Of a stretch of DNA of 64,000 nucleotides, positions 18,895 through 28,656 are shown one piece after another. Position 1 is the stretch's first letter. Each line of letters begins with the position of its first letter. A program made the position numbers and the translations under genes. Location of the stretch: NCBI RefSeq assembly GCF_034090745.1, contig NZ_JAXDRZ010000008.1. One strand, given 5' to 3'. The notes beneath the pieces were generated by a model that saw only the letters and a list, made by a program, of their open reading frames with translations, did not search any database and was not told the DNA's origin. Source of the stretch: Blautia sp. (GTDB lineage: Bacteria; Bacillota; Clostridia; Lachnospirales; Lachnospiraceae).

Positions 18895-21096
18895 ATGACA
18901 AGACGTCCATTATGTCTTGTGTGTCTGATCCTGATGCTGTGTATGTGGATTGCTGAGCTGGCAGGGATACCGCTGATAAGCGGTGTTCCCCTGCCTGATA
19001 CAGTACAGACGTACATTGAAAAGCATCCGGCCGCTGTGATCTGCGGGGAGGTACAGCAGTGTCAGACCACAGAGTTCTCCTTTTCTGTCTGTTTAAAACA
19101 TGTCTTTCTGATCGTTCGATCAGAAAAAATTCCCATTGAAAATGTAAAAGTATTTTTAAAAAAAGAAGAAGACCTGCCGCCAGGTACACAGGCAGTTTTT
19201 TCAGGACAGCTGGAATCAGTAGGAGGCCCAAGGAATCCGGGGGAATTTGATTCCCGCCAGTACTATGCCTGCCAGCATATTTATTATTTTATGAAAAAAG
19301 CAGTACTGAAAAAGAAAAGCGCCGGATATTCCGGATATGGCCAGAAACTGCTGGAACTGAAAGAGCAGGTTCTTGAAATCCTGAGAAATGCGGCAGGAAA
19401 AGATTCTCCGGTTTTTGAAGCAATGCTTCTGGGAGAAAAAACGGATCTGGAACAGGAATTAAAAATGCGCTACCAGATGGCGGGCATGATCCATATTCTG
19501 GCTATTTCAGGACTGCATATCAGTATTCTGGGAATGGGGCTTTTTTCGCTTTTGAAAAAGATAGGACTGGGAAATGGAACGGCAGGACTTCTGTCTCTTA
19601 TGGTTATGCTTCAATATGGAATATTTACAGGGGGAAGCGTTTCTTCTATGAGAGCGGTATGTATGTTTGTGCTTTCTGTAGGAGCAAAGATTCTGGGAAG
19701 GACCTATGATATCCTGACTGCTCTGGCAGTATCTGCGATTCTGCTTCTTCTGGATTCTCCTGCTTATTTGTACAGCAGCAGTTTTTTGCTGTCCTTTGGG
19801 GCAGTTGTGGGTGTGGCTTTTGTGTCTCCCTGTATAATAAAAATTATGGATATAAAGGGCAAAGCAGGAAAAGCGCTGGCAGGCTCTGTTGCGGTGCAGC
19901 TTTCTACACTTCCGATCATGCTGGCATCCTTTGGCGAAATATCTATTGCCGGTATTGTTCTGAACCTGGCAGTGCTTCCTACAGTAAGCGGCGTACTGCT
20001 CAGTGGTCTTTGCTGCAGTATGGCCGGTTTTATAAACCAGGAGGCTGCTTCTCTGGCAGCTGTTCCTGGAAGAGTACTTTTGTGGTTTTATGAAAAAATG
20101 GGTATGCTGGCAGGAAAGCTGCCTTTTTGTACCTGGATCGGAGGAAAACCGGAAACCTGGCAGTGGGGGATTTACTATGGACTTATGGCGCTGGGAATAT
20201 TCTGGGGAATGCGAAAGGCAGAAAAAAAGAAGAAAGCAGGAAGAGGCCTTTTATGGGGGCTGATTGTTCTGGCAGGGATCCTGCTTCTTTCCTGGCAGCC
20301 CCGAAAAGGGCTTCGTATCACATGCATGGATATTGGACAGGGGGATGGCATCGTTCTGGAAATGCCGGAAAAAGGTGTGTTTCTCATGGACTGCGGAAGC
20401 AGCAATAAGAAGAATATCGCAGCATATCAGCTTCTTCCCTATTTGAAAAGCAGAGGAATCTCCTATATAGACGGTATCCTTGTCTCACATACAGATAATG
20501 ATCATATCAGCGGTATACAGGAGCTTATGGAGTATATGACACAGGGGCTGACCTCTGTGAAGGCCGGAACACTGATGCTTCCTCAGTGGAAAGAAAAACC
20601 AGAGGCATATCAGCTTCTGGAAAAGCTGGCAAAGGAAGCCGGAATCCAGGTGCTGTATATGGAAAAGGGAAATTCTTTTTCCTGCGGAAAGGCAAAATTC
20701 CAGATACTTGCTCCTATGGAGGGCTCATTAGGAGACAATGTAAATGAGGAAGGTATGGTGATGGAACTGAAATTCGGAAAGTTTAAGGGGCTTTTCACTG
20801 GGGATATCGGTATGGATACAGAGAAAAAGCTGCTGTCAGAGTTTTCAGATGTGGATTTTTTAAAAACAGCCCATCATGGTTCAAGGCATTCCACCTGTCA
20901 GGAATTTCTGGATCAGGTAAAACCGGAACTGGCAGTGATATCCTGTTCTGATTCCAATACTTATGGACATCCTTCGCCGGAAACTACCCTTCGAATGAAA
21001 AAAAGCGGGGTAAAAGTAGAATATACCATGAAAAACGGTGCCATTACTTTGCATACAGATGGAACCCGCATATGGACAGAACACTTTGTAAAATAA
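18895..21096 (+). CDS. comEC: Competence channel ComEC/Rec2 (OB fold, competence domain, MBL domain)
   Basis: NPGEFD, HILAISGLHI, DIGQGDG, SHTDNDH and HHGS motifs. Confidence 0.93.
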   Translation: MTRRPLCLVCLILMLCMWIAELAGIPLISGVPLPDTVQTYIEKHPAAVICGEVQQCQTTEFSFSVCLKHVFLIVRSEKIPIENVKVFLKKEEDLPPGTQAVFSGQLESVGGPRNPGEFDSRQYYACQHIYYFMKKAVLKKKSAGYSGYGQKLLELKEQVLEILRNAAGKDSPVFEAMLLGEKTDLEQELKMRYQMAGMIHILAISGLHISILGMGLFSLLKKIGLGNGTAGLLSLMVMLQYGIFTGGSVSSMRAVCMFVLSVGAKILGRTYDILTALAVSAILLLLDSPAYLYSSSFLLSFGAVVGVAFVSPCIIKIMDIKGKAGKALAGSVAVQLSTLPIMLASFGEISIAGIVLNLAVLPTVSGVLLSGLCCSMAGFINQEAASLAAVPGRVLLWFYEKMGMLAGKLPFCTWIGGKPETWQWGIYYGLMALGIFWGMRKAEKKKKAGRGLLWGLIVLAGILLLSWQPRKGLRITCMDIGQGDGIVLEMPEKGVFLMDCGSSNKKNIAAYQLLPYLKSRGISYIDGILVSHTDNDHISGIQELMEYMTQGLTSVKAGTLMLPQWKEKPEAYQLLEKLAKEAGIQVLYMEKGNSFSCGKAKFQILAPMEGSLGDNVNEEGMVMELKFGKFKGLFTGDIGMDTEKKLLSEFSDVDFLKTAHHGSRHSTCQEFLDQVKPELAVISCSDSNTYGHPSPETTLRMKKSGVKVEYTMKNGAITLHTDGTRIWTEHFVK

Positions 21097-21149
21097 AAAA
21101 CGGACAGATTACAGGGAGTAGGGCAGGCGGCAGAAGGCGGGGATTTGTC

Positions 21150-21178
21150 TTGCGGGAGGCAGTGAATCTTTGTATAAT
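21150..21178 (+). promoter_or_regulatory. Sigma-A-like promoter of holA
   Basis: TTGCGG-17-TATAAT preceded by TG. Confidence 0.6.
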
Positions 21179-21204
21179 AGAAAGATAAAAACAACAAAGG
21201 GAGT

Positions 21205-22194
21205 TTGATTTTGAAAAGCTTACAGGAAGATTTAAAAACAGGAAATTTTAAAACGGCTTATCTTTTATATGGGGAGGAAGCCTATCTCAGACAACAGTAT
21301 AAAGATAAACTGCTGAAAGAATTAAACCCAGATGGAGATACGATGAATTTCAGCAGGTATGAAGGAAAGGGGATCGAAGTAAGAGAGATGATCGATCTCT
21401 GTGAGACGATGCCGTTTTTTGCAGACCACAGGGTGATCCTTGTGGAAAACTCCGGATTTTTTAAAAATAAATGTGAAGAACTTGCGGATTACATGAAAAC
21501 GCTTCCTGATTATGTGAGGATGATCTTTGTAGAGGAAGAAGTAGATAAGAGAAGCCGGATGTATAAAGCAGTGAAAAATATAGGGCGGGTAACAGAATTT
21601 TCCCGTCAGGATGAAAAATCTCTGATGCGCTGGGCGGCAGGGATTCTTGGAAGAGAAGGCCGTAAGATCAAAACATCTGATATGGAGCTTTTTCTTATAA
21701 AGACCGGTACGGATATGGGAAATATCCGTATGGAGCTGGAAAAGCTGATCGCCTATACAGAAGGCAGAGATATTGTGACAGCTCAGGATATTGAGGCTGT
21801 ATGTACAACGCAGACAGCAAACAAGATTTTTGACATGGTTCGTGCGGTAACAGAAAAAAATCAGAAGCGTGCACTGGATCTTTATTATGACCTTCTGACA
21901 TTGAAGGAGCCTCCTATGAGAATCCTGTTTCTTCTTGCAAAACAGTTCCATCAGCTTTTTCTTGCAAAAAAAATGGCGGAAGAGGGTGTGGGCCAGCCGG
22001 AAATTGCCTCCCGTTTGGGTGTTCCTTCTTTTGTGGCCAGAAATATTGCAGCCTGTGCCCGGTCTTATAGTTCAGAGGAGCTTCGCAGAGCGGAAGAGGA
22101 TTTTGTGGATGCGGAAGAAGCGGTTAAGACCGGACGGCTTCAGGATGTGCTCAGCGTAGAACTGCTGATCGTGAAATACAGTTCCGGAAGATAA
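21205..22194 (+). CDS. holA: DNA polymerase III delta subunit
   Basis: YLLYGEEAYL, MPFFADHRVILVEN and ELEKLIAY motifs, in the conserved position after comEC. Confidence 0.92.
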   Translation: MILKSLQEDLKTGNFKTAYLLYGEEAYLRQQYKDKLLKELNPDGDTMNFSRYEGKGIEVREMIDLCETMPFFADHRVILVENSGFFKNKCEELADYMKTLPDYVRMIFVEEEVDKRSRMYKAVKNIGRVTEFSRQDEKSLMRWAAGILGREGRKIKTSDMELFLIKTGTDMGNIRMELEKLIAYTEGRDIVTAQDIEAVCTTQTANKIFDMVRAVTEKNQKRALDLYYDLLTLKEPPMRILFLLAKQFHQLFLAKKMAEEGVGQPEIASRLGVPSFVARNIAACARSYSSEELRRAEEDFVDAEEAVKTGRLQDVLSVELLIVKYSSGR

Positions 22195-22220
22195 GTCTTA
22201 TAGCATTTTCATTTTTATGT

Positions 22221-22252
22221 TGTTGCTGTTCACAGCTCTGTGAACAGCAACA
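22221..22252. repeat. Perfect 15-bp inverted repeat (REP-like element or terminator)
   Basis: TGTTGCTGTTCACAG-CT-CTGTGAACAGCAACA, downstream of holA. Confidence 0.7.
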
Positions 22253-22281
22253 TTATGTTTTCATGAAATTATTCTTATCAT

Positions 22282-22320
22282 TACAGGTGTCTTGACACCT
22301 GTTAAGTCTGGTGGTATACT
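22282..22320 (+). promoter_or_regulatory. NiaR operator overlapping the nadB promoter
   Basis: TACAGGTGTCTTGACACCTGTT is a palindrome of the Firmicute NiaR type, containing TTGACA (22292)-17-TATACT (22315); niaR lies in the same operon. Confidence 0.88.
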
Positions 22321-22353
22321 TGCAAAAAAATGTTAAGGATATGAGGAGAAAAC

Positions 22354-23643
22354 ATGAAAGAACATTATGACGTGATTGTTGTAGGAACAGGAGCCGCAGG
22401 TCTGTACTGTGCCCTGAACCTTCCGGAAAGGAAGAAGATCCTGATGATCACAAAAAAAGAAGCAGATCAGTCAGATTCTTTTCTGGCACAGGGAGGAATC
22501 TGCATGCTTCGGGGAGAGGCTGACTACAATGATTATTTTGAGGATACCATGCGTGCCGGCCATTATGAAAATAATAAAAAAGCAGTAGATCTGATGATCC
22601 GCAGCTCCAACAGTATTATCCGCGATCTTCTTATGAGAAATGTGGATTTTGAACGGAGTGAGGAAGGAGATCTTCTGTTTACCAGAGAAGGGGCACATTC
22701 TCAGCCCAGGATTCTTTTCCATGAGGACATTACCGGAAAGGAAATTACCTCTAAACTTCTTGAGCAGGCGGAAAAAAGAGAAAATATTGAGATCTGTGAA
22801 TATATGACTATGGTAGATCTGATCTCCCGGGATAATATTTGCGGGGGAGTGGTGGCTATGGATGAGCAGGATGAGATTTATGATATCCGCGCGCCTTATG
22901 TGGTTCTGGCTTGCGGAGGGCTTGGGGGACTTTATAAAAATTCTACCAACTTTCCTCATATTACAGGAGATGCACTTGGTATTGCCATGAAGCATCAGAT
23001 CGCTCTGGAGAATCTGGATTACATACAGATCCATCCCACAACTCTTTATTCTAAAAAGCCGGGAAGGAGATTTCTGATTTCGGAATCTGTACGTGGAGAG
23101 GGCGCTCACCTTTGCGATAGAAACGGACAGCGTTTCACTAATGAACTGCAGCCAAGAGATCTTCTGAGCAAAGCAATCTTCGCACAGATGGAAAAACAGG
23201 ATACCGAATATGTGTGGGAGGATATGCGTCCGCTGGGTGAGGATATGATCATGAAACATTTTCCTAATATCTTCAAACGTTGTCTGGAGGAAGGATATGA
23301 TGTACGAAAGGAGCCGATTCCGGTAGTTCCGGCTCAGCATTATTTTATGGGAGGCATTCAGGTGGATCTGGGAAGCAGGACTTCAATGAAAGGACTTTAT
23401 GCCTGCGGCGAAACAAGCTGCAATGGAGTTCATGGAAAGAACCGGCTGGCCAGCAATTCTCTTCTGGAATCTCTGGTGTTTGCAAGAAGAGCTGCAGATG
23501 ATATATTGTTTGGAAAGAAGCCGGAGCCGTGCCGTGCCGGAGCCATTGACCGGAAATGCTATGAAGACAGGGAAACTCTGATGGCAGGTTATCGGAAAAA
23601 TGTATTAAATGAAATTGAAAGGATGAAAAACAGTCATGAATGA
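22354..23643 (+). CDS. nadB: L-aspartate oxidase
   Basis: VGTGAAG, SFLAQGGI, REGAHS, QIHPT, HYFMGG and RLASNSLLE motifs. Confidence 0.94.
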   Translation: MKEHYDVIVVGTGAAGLYCALNLPERKKILMITKKEADQSDSFLAQGGICMLRGEADYNDYFEDTMRAGHYENNKKAVDLMIRSSNSIIRDLLMRNVDFERSEEGDLLFTREGAHSQPRILFHEDITGKEITSKLLEQAEKRENIEICEYMTMVDLISRDNICGGVVAMDEQDEIYDIRAPYVVLACGGLGGLYKNSTNFPHITGDALGIAMKHQIALENLDYIQIHPTTLYSKKPGRRFLISESVRGEGAHLCDRNGQRFTNELQPRDLLSKAIFAQMEKQDTEYVWEDMRPLGEDMIMKHFPNIFKRCLEEGYDVRKEPIPVVPAQHYFMGGIQVDLGSRTSMKGLYACGETSCNGVHGKNRLASNSLLESLVFARRAADDILFGKKPEPCRAGAIDRKCYEDRETLMAGYRKNVLNEIERMKNSHE

Positions 23644-24487
23644 AATTACAATGAAAATGCAGGCAGATGAGCTGATCATGATGGCTCTGAGAGAGGATAT
23701 TACAAGCGAGGACGTTTCTACCAATGCCGTAATGCCGGAGGCACAGAAGGGAACGGTAGATCTGATCGCTAAGGAGGACGGAGTGATCGCAGGACTCCAG
23801 GTTTATGCAAGAGTATTTACTCTTCTTGATGATAAGACTGAAATTGAATTTTTCTGTAAGGACGGAGATCAGGTAAGGAACGGGCAGCTTCTGGCAAAGG
23901 TCAACGGAGACATTCGTGTACTTTTATCCGGTGAGAGGGTGGCCCTTAACTATCTTCAGAGAATGAGCGGGATTGCTACTTATACAAGAGAGGTGGCAGG
24001 ACTTCTTGAAGGCAGCAGTCTGACTCTTCTGGATACAAGAAAGACAACTCCAAACTCTCGTGTATTTGAAAAGTATGCAGTCCGTGTAGGCGGAGGATGC
24101 AATCATCGTTATAATCTTTCGGACGGAGTGCTTCTGAAAGACAATCACATCGGAGCAGCCGGAAGCGTGGCAAAGGCTGTGGCCATGGCAAAAGCATACG
24201 CACCTTTTGTACGTAAGATTGAGATTGAGGTAGAAACTCTGGATCAGGTAAAAGAAGCTGTAGAAGCAGGAGCAGACATCATTATGCTGGATAATATGAC
24301 ACCGGAGCAGATGAAAGAAGCCGTAGCCCTTATTGACGGAAGAGCAGAGACAGAATGTTCCGGAAATGTGACAAAAGAGAATATCGCAAAGATTCGTGAT
24401 GTGGGCGTAGACTATGTTTCCAGCGGGGCGCTGACTCATTCTGCACCGATCCTTGATATTTCCATGAAAAATCTTCATGCGGTCTGA
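23636..24487 (+). CDS. nadC: Quinolinate phosphoribosyltransferase
   Basis: ERVALNYLQRMSGIAT, DTRKT, LKDNH and IMLDNM motifs. Confidence 0.96.
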   Translation: MNEITMKMQADELIMMALREDITSEDVSTNAVMPEAQKGTVDLIAKEDGVIAGLQVYARVFTLLDDKTEIEFFCKDGDQVRNGQLLAKVNGDIRVLLSGERVALNYLQRMSGIATYTREVAGLLEGSSLTLLDTRKTTPNSRVFEKYAVRVGGGCNHRYNLSDGVLLKDNHIGAAGSVAKAVAMAKAYAPFVRKIEIEVETLDQVKEAVEAGADIIMLDNMTPEQMKEAVALIDGRAETECSGNVTKENIAKIRDVGVDYVSSGALTHSAPILDISMKNLHAV

Positions 24488-24500
24488 GAGGAGGCATATC

Positions 24501-25049
24501 ATGAACACCTCTGATAGGAGAAAGGAAATCCTTCAGATTCTTCAGAGAGAGGAAGAACCGGTTGCGGCCAGAGAACTTGCTGCAAAATTTGGCGTAAGCC
24601 GTCAGGTGATCGTTCAGGATATGGCGGTGATCCGTGCGTCTACACCGGGTATCCTTTCCACTACAAAGGGATATGCGATCCAGCAGGACACCAGCTTTAC
24701 CAGAGAATTTAAGGTGCGCCACAGACAGGAACAGGCGGCAGAGGAGCTGAACCTGATTGTAGACTGCGGCGGCCATGTAAAAAATATCAGTATCAGTCAC
24801 AGAGTATATGGTCGTGTATCCGCGGAAATGGATATTCGGTCCAGGCATGATGTGGCAGAGTTTGTAGAGGCTTTAAACAGCAGCCATTCCACTGTTCTGA
24901 GCAACGCTACTTCTGGTTATCACTATCATCTTGTGGAGGCATCCAGCCAACAGCGTCTGGATCTGATCGGGCAGCAGCTTGAAAAAGCCGGATTTCTGGC
25001 GCCTTTGCAGCCATGGGAAAAGAAAGAAAAAGAGGAGAACAAATTATGA
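24501..25049 (+). CDS. niaR: Niacin-responsive repressor (HTH_11 plus 3H domain)
   Basis: FGVSRQVIVQDMAVIR HTH; HRVYG and HYH motifs; ATG at 24501 follows GAGGAGG. Confidence 0.9.
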   Translation: MNTSDRRKEILQILQREEEPVAARELAAKFGVSRQVIVQDMAVIRASTPGILSTTKGYAIQQDTSFTREFKVRHRQEQAAEELNLIVDCGGHVKNISISHRVYGRVSAEMDIRSRHDVAEFVEALNSSHSTVLSNATSGYHYHLVEASSQQRLDLIGQQLEKAGFLAPLQPWEKKEKEENKL

Positions 25050-25960
25050 AGATCGCAGAGATACAGGAGGAAATCCTCCGTCTGAAAAAGGAAAAGAATA
25101 TCTGTATCCTGGCACATGCCTATCAGGGTCATGAAATTCTGGAGGTGGCAGATTATACAGGAGATTCTTATGGATTAAGCGTGCAGGCTTCCAAAAGCGA
25201 CTGTGACGGAATTATCATGTGCGGCGTACGCTTTATGGCAGAAACATGTAAGATCTTAAGTCCGGATAAAAAGGTATGGCTTCCAAATCCTACAGCAGGA
25301 TGTCCCATGGCAGAGCAGCTTACAGTCGATGAGCTGAGAGAACTGAAAAAGCAATATCCCGGATATGCAGTTGTAGCTTATATCAACACGACATCAGAAC
25401 TGAAAACAGAGTGTGATGTGTGTGTGACTTCTGCTTCAGCGGTAGAAATCTGCCGTCGTCTGGAGCATGATAAGATTCTTTTTATTCCGGATCCTAATCT
25501 GGGACATTTTGTGGCAGAGCAGATTCCGGAAAAGACCTTTGCTTTTTATAATGGAGGATGTCCACGTCATGCGGCAGTTACCGGGGAGGAGACAGAAAAG
25601 GCGAAAGCTGCTCATCCGGGAGCTCTTCTCCTTGTGCATCCAGAGTGCCGGCCTGAGGTTGTGGCATATGCAGATTATGTCGGTTCTACAACCGGAATTA
25701 TGTCCTATGTGGAAAAATCAGAGGCAGAGGAATTTATTATTGGAACAGAGAACAGTATTGTGGAGCATCTTCAGTTTTCTTATCCGGAAAAAAGATTTTA
25801 TCCCCTTTCTGTAGCTCTGACCTGTATGGATATGAAGGTTACCACACTGATGGATATTTATAACTGTCTGAAAGGACAGGGAGGAGAAGAAATTCTGCTT
25901 TCTCAGGATGTTATGGACGGGGCAGAAAAATGTATCAGAAGAATGGTTGAGCTGGGCTGA
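25046..25960 (+). CDS. nadA: Quinolinate synthase A
   Basis: LAHAYQ, CGVRFMAET, AGCPMA, YINT and HPEC motifs; ATG at 25046 follows GAGGAG. Confidence 0.95.
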   Translation: MKIAEIQEEILRLKKEKNICILAHAYQGHEILEVADYTGDSYGLSVQASKSDCDGIIMCGVRFMAETCKILSPDKKVWLPNPTAGCPMAEQLTVDELRELKKQYPGYAVVAYINTTSELKTECDVCVTSASAVEICRRLEHDKILFIPDPNLGHFVAEQIPEKTFAFYNGGCPRHAAVTGEETEKAKAAHPGALLLVHPECRPEVVAYADYVGSTTGIMSYVEKSEAEEFIIGTENSIVEHLQFSYPEKRFYPLSVALTCMDMKVTTLMDIYNCLKGQGGEEILLSQDVMDGAEKCIRRMVELG

Positions 25961-25972
25961 CCGGTAAAACAG

Positions 25973-26010
25973 AAAAAAGACAGTCACATGACGGTTGTGA
26001 CTGTCTTTTT
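25973..26010. terminator. Bidirectional terminator between nadA and rpsT
   Basis: AAAAAAGACAGTCACA-loop-TGTGACTGTCTTTTT. Confidence 0.82.
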
Positions 26011-26049
26011 TAATTATAAGCTTATAATTAAAAACAAGTTCGTTTTCTA

Positions 26050-26313
26050 TTAGCCGATGTTGTTAACGGCTTTTGTCAAACGGGAAACTTTTCTTGCACA
26101 GTTATTTTTGTGGTAAACACCCTTGGATGTTGCTTTGCTGATAGCAGCGATTGCCTCGTTGAGTGCTACCTGTGCAGCAGCCTTATCGTTGTTCTGAACT
26201 GCAGCTTCTACCTTTTTGATGGAAGTTTTAACAGCAGAGCGGATAGACTTGTTTCTCGCAGCTTTAGTTCTGTTTACTAAAATTCTTTTCTTTGCGGATT
26301 TAATGTTAGCCAA
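26050..26313 (-). CDS. rpsT: 30S ribosomal protein S20
   Basis: MANIKSAKKR...KGVYHKNNCARKVSRL. Confidence 0.98.
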   Translation of the reverse strand: MANIKSAKKRILVNRTKAARNKSIRSAVKTSIKKVEAAVQNNDKAAAQVALNEAIAAISKATSKGVYHKNNCARKVSRLTKAVNNIG

Positions 26314-26479
26314 TGTGATACACCTCCATTTCGAATTCTTGATAATCTGTTCCAGAAACAGACACGGGCGCTTCTGTGAACATGCTTATATATTTTATTA
26401 CACATATCTTTGAATGTCAATACATAATTCCCATAAAAAAGACAAATCCTACATAAAAAGACAGTCCGGAGGAGAAAAG

Positions 26480-27382
26480 ATGTTAGGAAACAGCAGAATC
26501 AGAACGGATCTGGCACTGGAGGCTACAGAAAGCTTTGCAGAAAAGGATACAGAGCTTCGAGGCGTGGAGATTCATGAAGATTATAATGAAGAGAAGGATA
26601 TCCGAACAACGATAGTAAAAATCACTACAGAAAACGGGGCTAAGGCTATGGGGCGCCCTCAGGGCAATTATATTACCATAGAAGCCCCTGATCTGTCAGC
26701 TTCTGATGAAGATTATCACAGGGAAATATCAGAGGAGATTGCAAAGCATCTTCACAGACTGATCGATCTGGACAGAGAAACCTCGGTTCTGGTAGTGGGA
26801 CTGGGGAATCAGGGAATCACCGCAGACTCACTGGGACCTCTTGTGATAGACAATCTTCGTATGACGCGGCATATCATACGGGAATATGGATTGAAAAGCA
26901 GCGGAAAAGAAATTTTGCACCAGGTCAGCGGGATCATCCCCGGGGTAATGGCTCAGACAGGGATGGAAACATCGGAGATCATTCAGGGAGTGACGGCAGA
27001 AACAAAGCCGGATGTAGTCATTGCAGTAGATGCGCTGGCCGCCCGCAGTGTCCGGAGGCTGAACAGGACAGTTCAGATCACAGATACTGGTATTCATCCG
27101 GGGTCCGGAGTGGGAAATCACAGAAACGGGCTTACAGAAGAGAACCTTCAGGTAAAAGTGATCGGCATAGGCGTTCCTACGGTTGTGGATGCCGCAACCA
27201 TCGTTCATGATTCCATGGCACATCTTCTGGATACACTGGAAGAACAGGAAAAGAAAGAATTTCTGGAGGAAATGATATCACCAAATCTGTATAGTATGTT
27301 TGTTACGCCAAAGGATGTAGATGAGACCGTGAAATATCTTAGTTTTACCATATCAGAAGGGCTGAATCTGGCATTTTCTTAA
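26480..27382 (+). CDS. gpr: Spore germination protease
   Basis: RTDLALEA, VVGLGNQGITADSLGP, PGVMAQTGMET and IGVPTVVDA motifs; divergent from rpsT; ATG at 26480 follows GGAGGAG. Confidence 0.95.
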   Translation: MLGNSRIRTDLALEATESFAEKDTELRGVEIHEDYNEEKDIRTTIVKITTENGAKAMGRPQGNYITIEAPDLSASDEDYHREISEEIAKHLHRLIDLDRETSVLVVGLGNQGITADSLGPLVIDNLRMTRHIIREYGLKSSGKEILHQVSGIIPGVMAQTGMETSEIIQGVTAETKPDVVIAVDALAARSVRRLNRTVQITDTGIHPGSGVGNHRNGLTEENLQVKVIGIGVPTVVDAATIVHDSMAHLLDTLEEQEKKEFLEEMISPNLYSMFVTPKDVDETVKYLSFTISEGLNLAFS

Positions 27383-27392
27383 AGCGGTACAG

Positions 27393-27421
27393 TCATAATC
27401 ACTGTTATTGTGTCATAGGAT
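27393..27421 (+). promoter_or_regulatory. Sigma-E-type promoter of spoIIP
   Basis: TCATAAT-14 nt-CATAGGAT fits the Bacillus sigma-E consensus (TCATATT-N14-CATAcanT). Confidence 0.6.
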
Positions 27422-27441
27422 ACTTTGAAAGAGGTGATCCT

Positions 27442-28656
27442 ATGACAAAGCTCCAGAAAGCATGCTGTATTATCATGAGTTTATGTTTTTGGGCAGTTCT
27501 GGCTGTCATGCCAGACCCCTTTTTTATGAGAGGAAATGCATACAGGCAGTTTCCTCTTTATTGTTTTCTGGAGAAAAAAGCCAGAAGTGTTCCGGAGAGG
27601 GAAGACCCGGAAACATATGAGAAGCTGATGGAAGGGAATGCTGCATATCTGGCAAAACAAATGGAAAAAGAAAACAGGGATCTGGATATAGAGACAGAGC
27701 CGGAAATTCAGGACATGCTGTCTCAGGATCAGGAGAAAGAAGAGCATATTCAGCCGGCAGAAAATAAAAAGAAGACGGACATAACAGAAGCTCCTTCGAT
27801 GACAGAAATACCTGCAGCAACAGAAACACCTGCGGTAACGTCTGCTCCTGTTCTGGCACAGATCCAGCCGGCTCCGGTGATCGACCTGGCACCGGAAACT
27901 CTTGCAGATTATGATTATCTGTTGAATAATTTTTTTATTATAGATGAAAATACCGATACAAATCCGGAACAGCTGAATGCGAAAAGATTTCTGGAAAAGG
28001 ATCTTACCATAAATAAGAATCCCGATAATCCACAGATCCTTATTTATCACAGCCACACGCAGGAAACCTTTGCGGATTCCCGGGAAGGGGAGATTGCAGA
28101 TACCATTGTGGGAGTGGGAGATCATCTTGAAAAAATCCTTACTGATACCTATGGTTATCAGGTGCTTCATATAACAGAGCAGTTTGATATGGCCGGCGGG
28201 CAGCTTGACCGCAGTGCGGCCTATGATTACGCGCGTCCTTATATAGAAAAAATTCTTGCAGAAAATCCTTCCATAGAAGTGATCATAGACCTTCACAGAG
28301 ATGGAGTGCCGGAGGATCGTCATCTGGTTACAACAATCAATGGAAAACCAACGGCACAGATCATGTTTTATAATGGTCTTAGCTATACACGCTCTCAGGG
28401 AACGGTAGATTATCTGCCGAATCCCTACATAGAAGATAATCTTGCTTTTTCTTTTCAGATGGAATACCAGGCTGCACAGTATTATCCGGATTTTTACAGA
28501 GGCATCTATCTGTCCGGGCTGAGATATAACCTGCATCTGAGAAAAAGATCGGTTCTTTTGGAAGCAGGAGCACAGACAAATACAGTGCAGGAGGTTAAAA
28601 ATGCAATGGAACCTTTTGCAGACATTCTGGATCGGGTGCTGAGGGGAGAGAAATAA
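27442..28656 (+). CDS. spoIIP: Stage II sporulation autolysin SpoIIP
   Basis: ILIYHSHTQE, IDLHRDG, RYNLH and LLEAGAQTN motifs; follows gpr. Confidence 0.92.
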   Translation: MTKLQKACCIIMSLCFWAVLAVMPDPFFMRGNAYRQFPLYCFLEKKARSVPEREDPETYEKLMEGNAAYLAKQMEKENRDLDIETEPEIQDMLSQDQEKEEHIQPAENKKKTDITEAPSMTEIPAATETPAVTSAPVLAQIQPAPVIDLAPETLADYDYLLNNFFIIDENTDTNPEQLNAKRFLEKDLTINKNPDNPQILIYHSHTQETFADSREGEIADTIVGVGDHLEKILTDTYGYQVLHITEQFDMAGGQLDRSAAYDYARPYIEKILAENPSIEVIIDLHRDGVPEDRHLVTTINGKPTAQIMFYNGLSYTRSQGTVDYLPNPYIEDNLAFSFQMEYQAAQYYPDFYRGIYLSGLRYNLHLRKRSVLLEAGAQTNTVQEVKNAMEPFADILDRVLRGEK

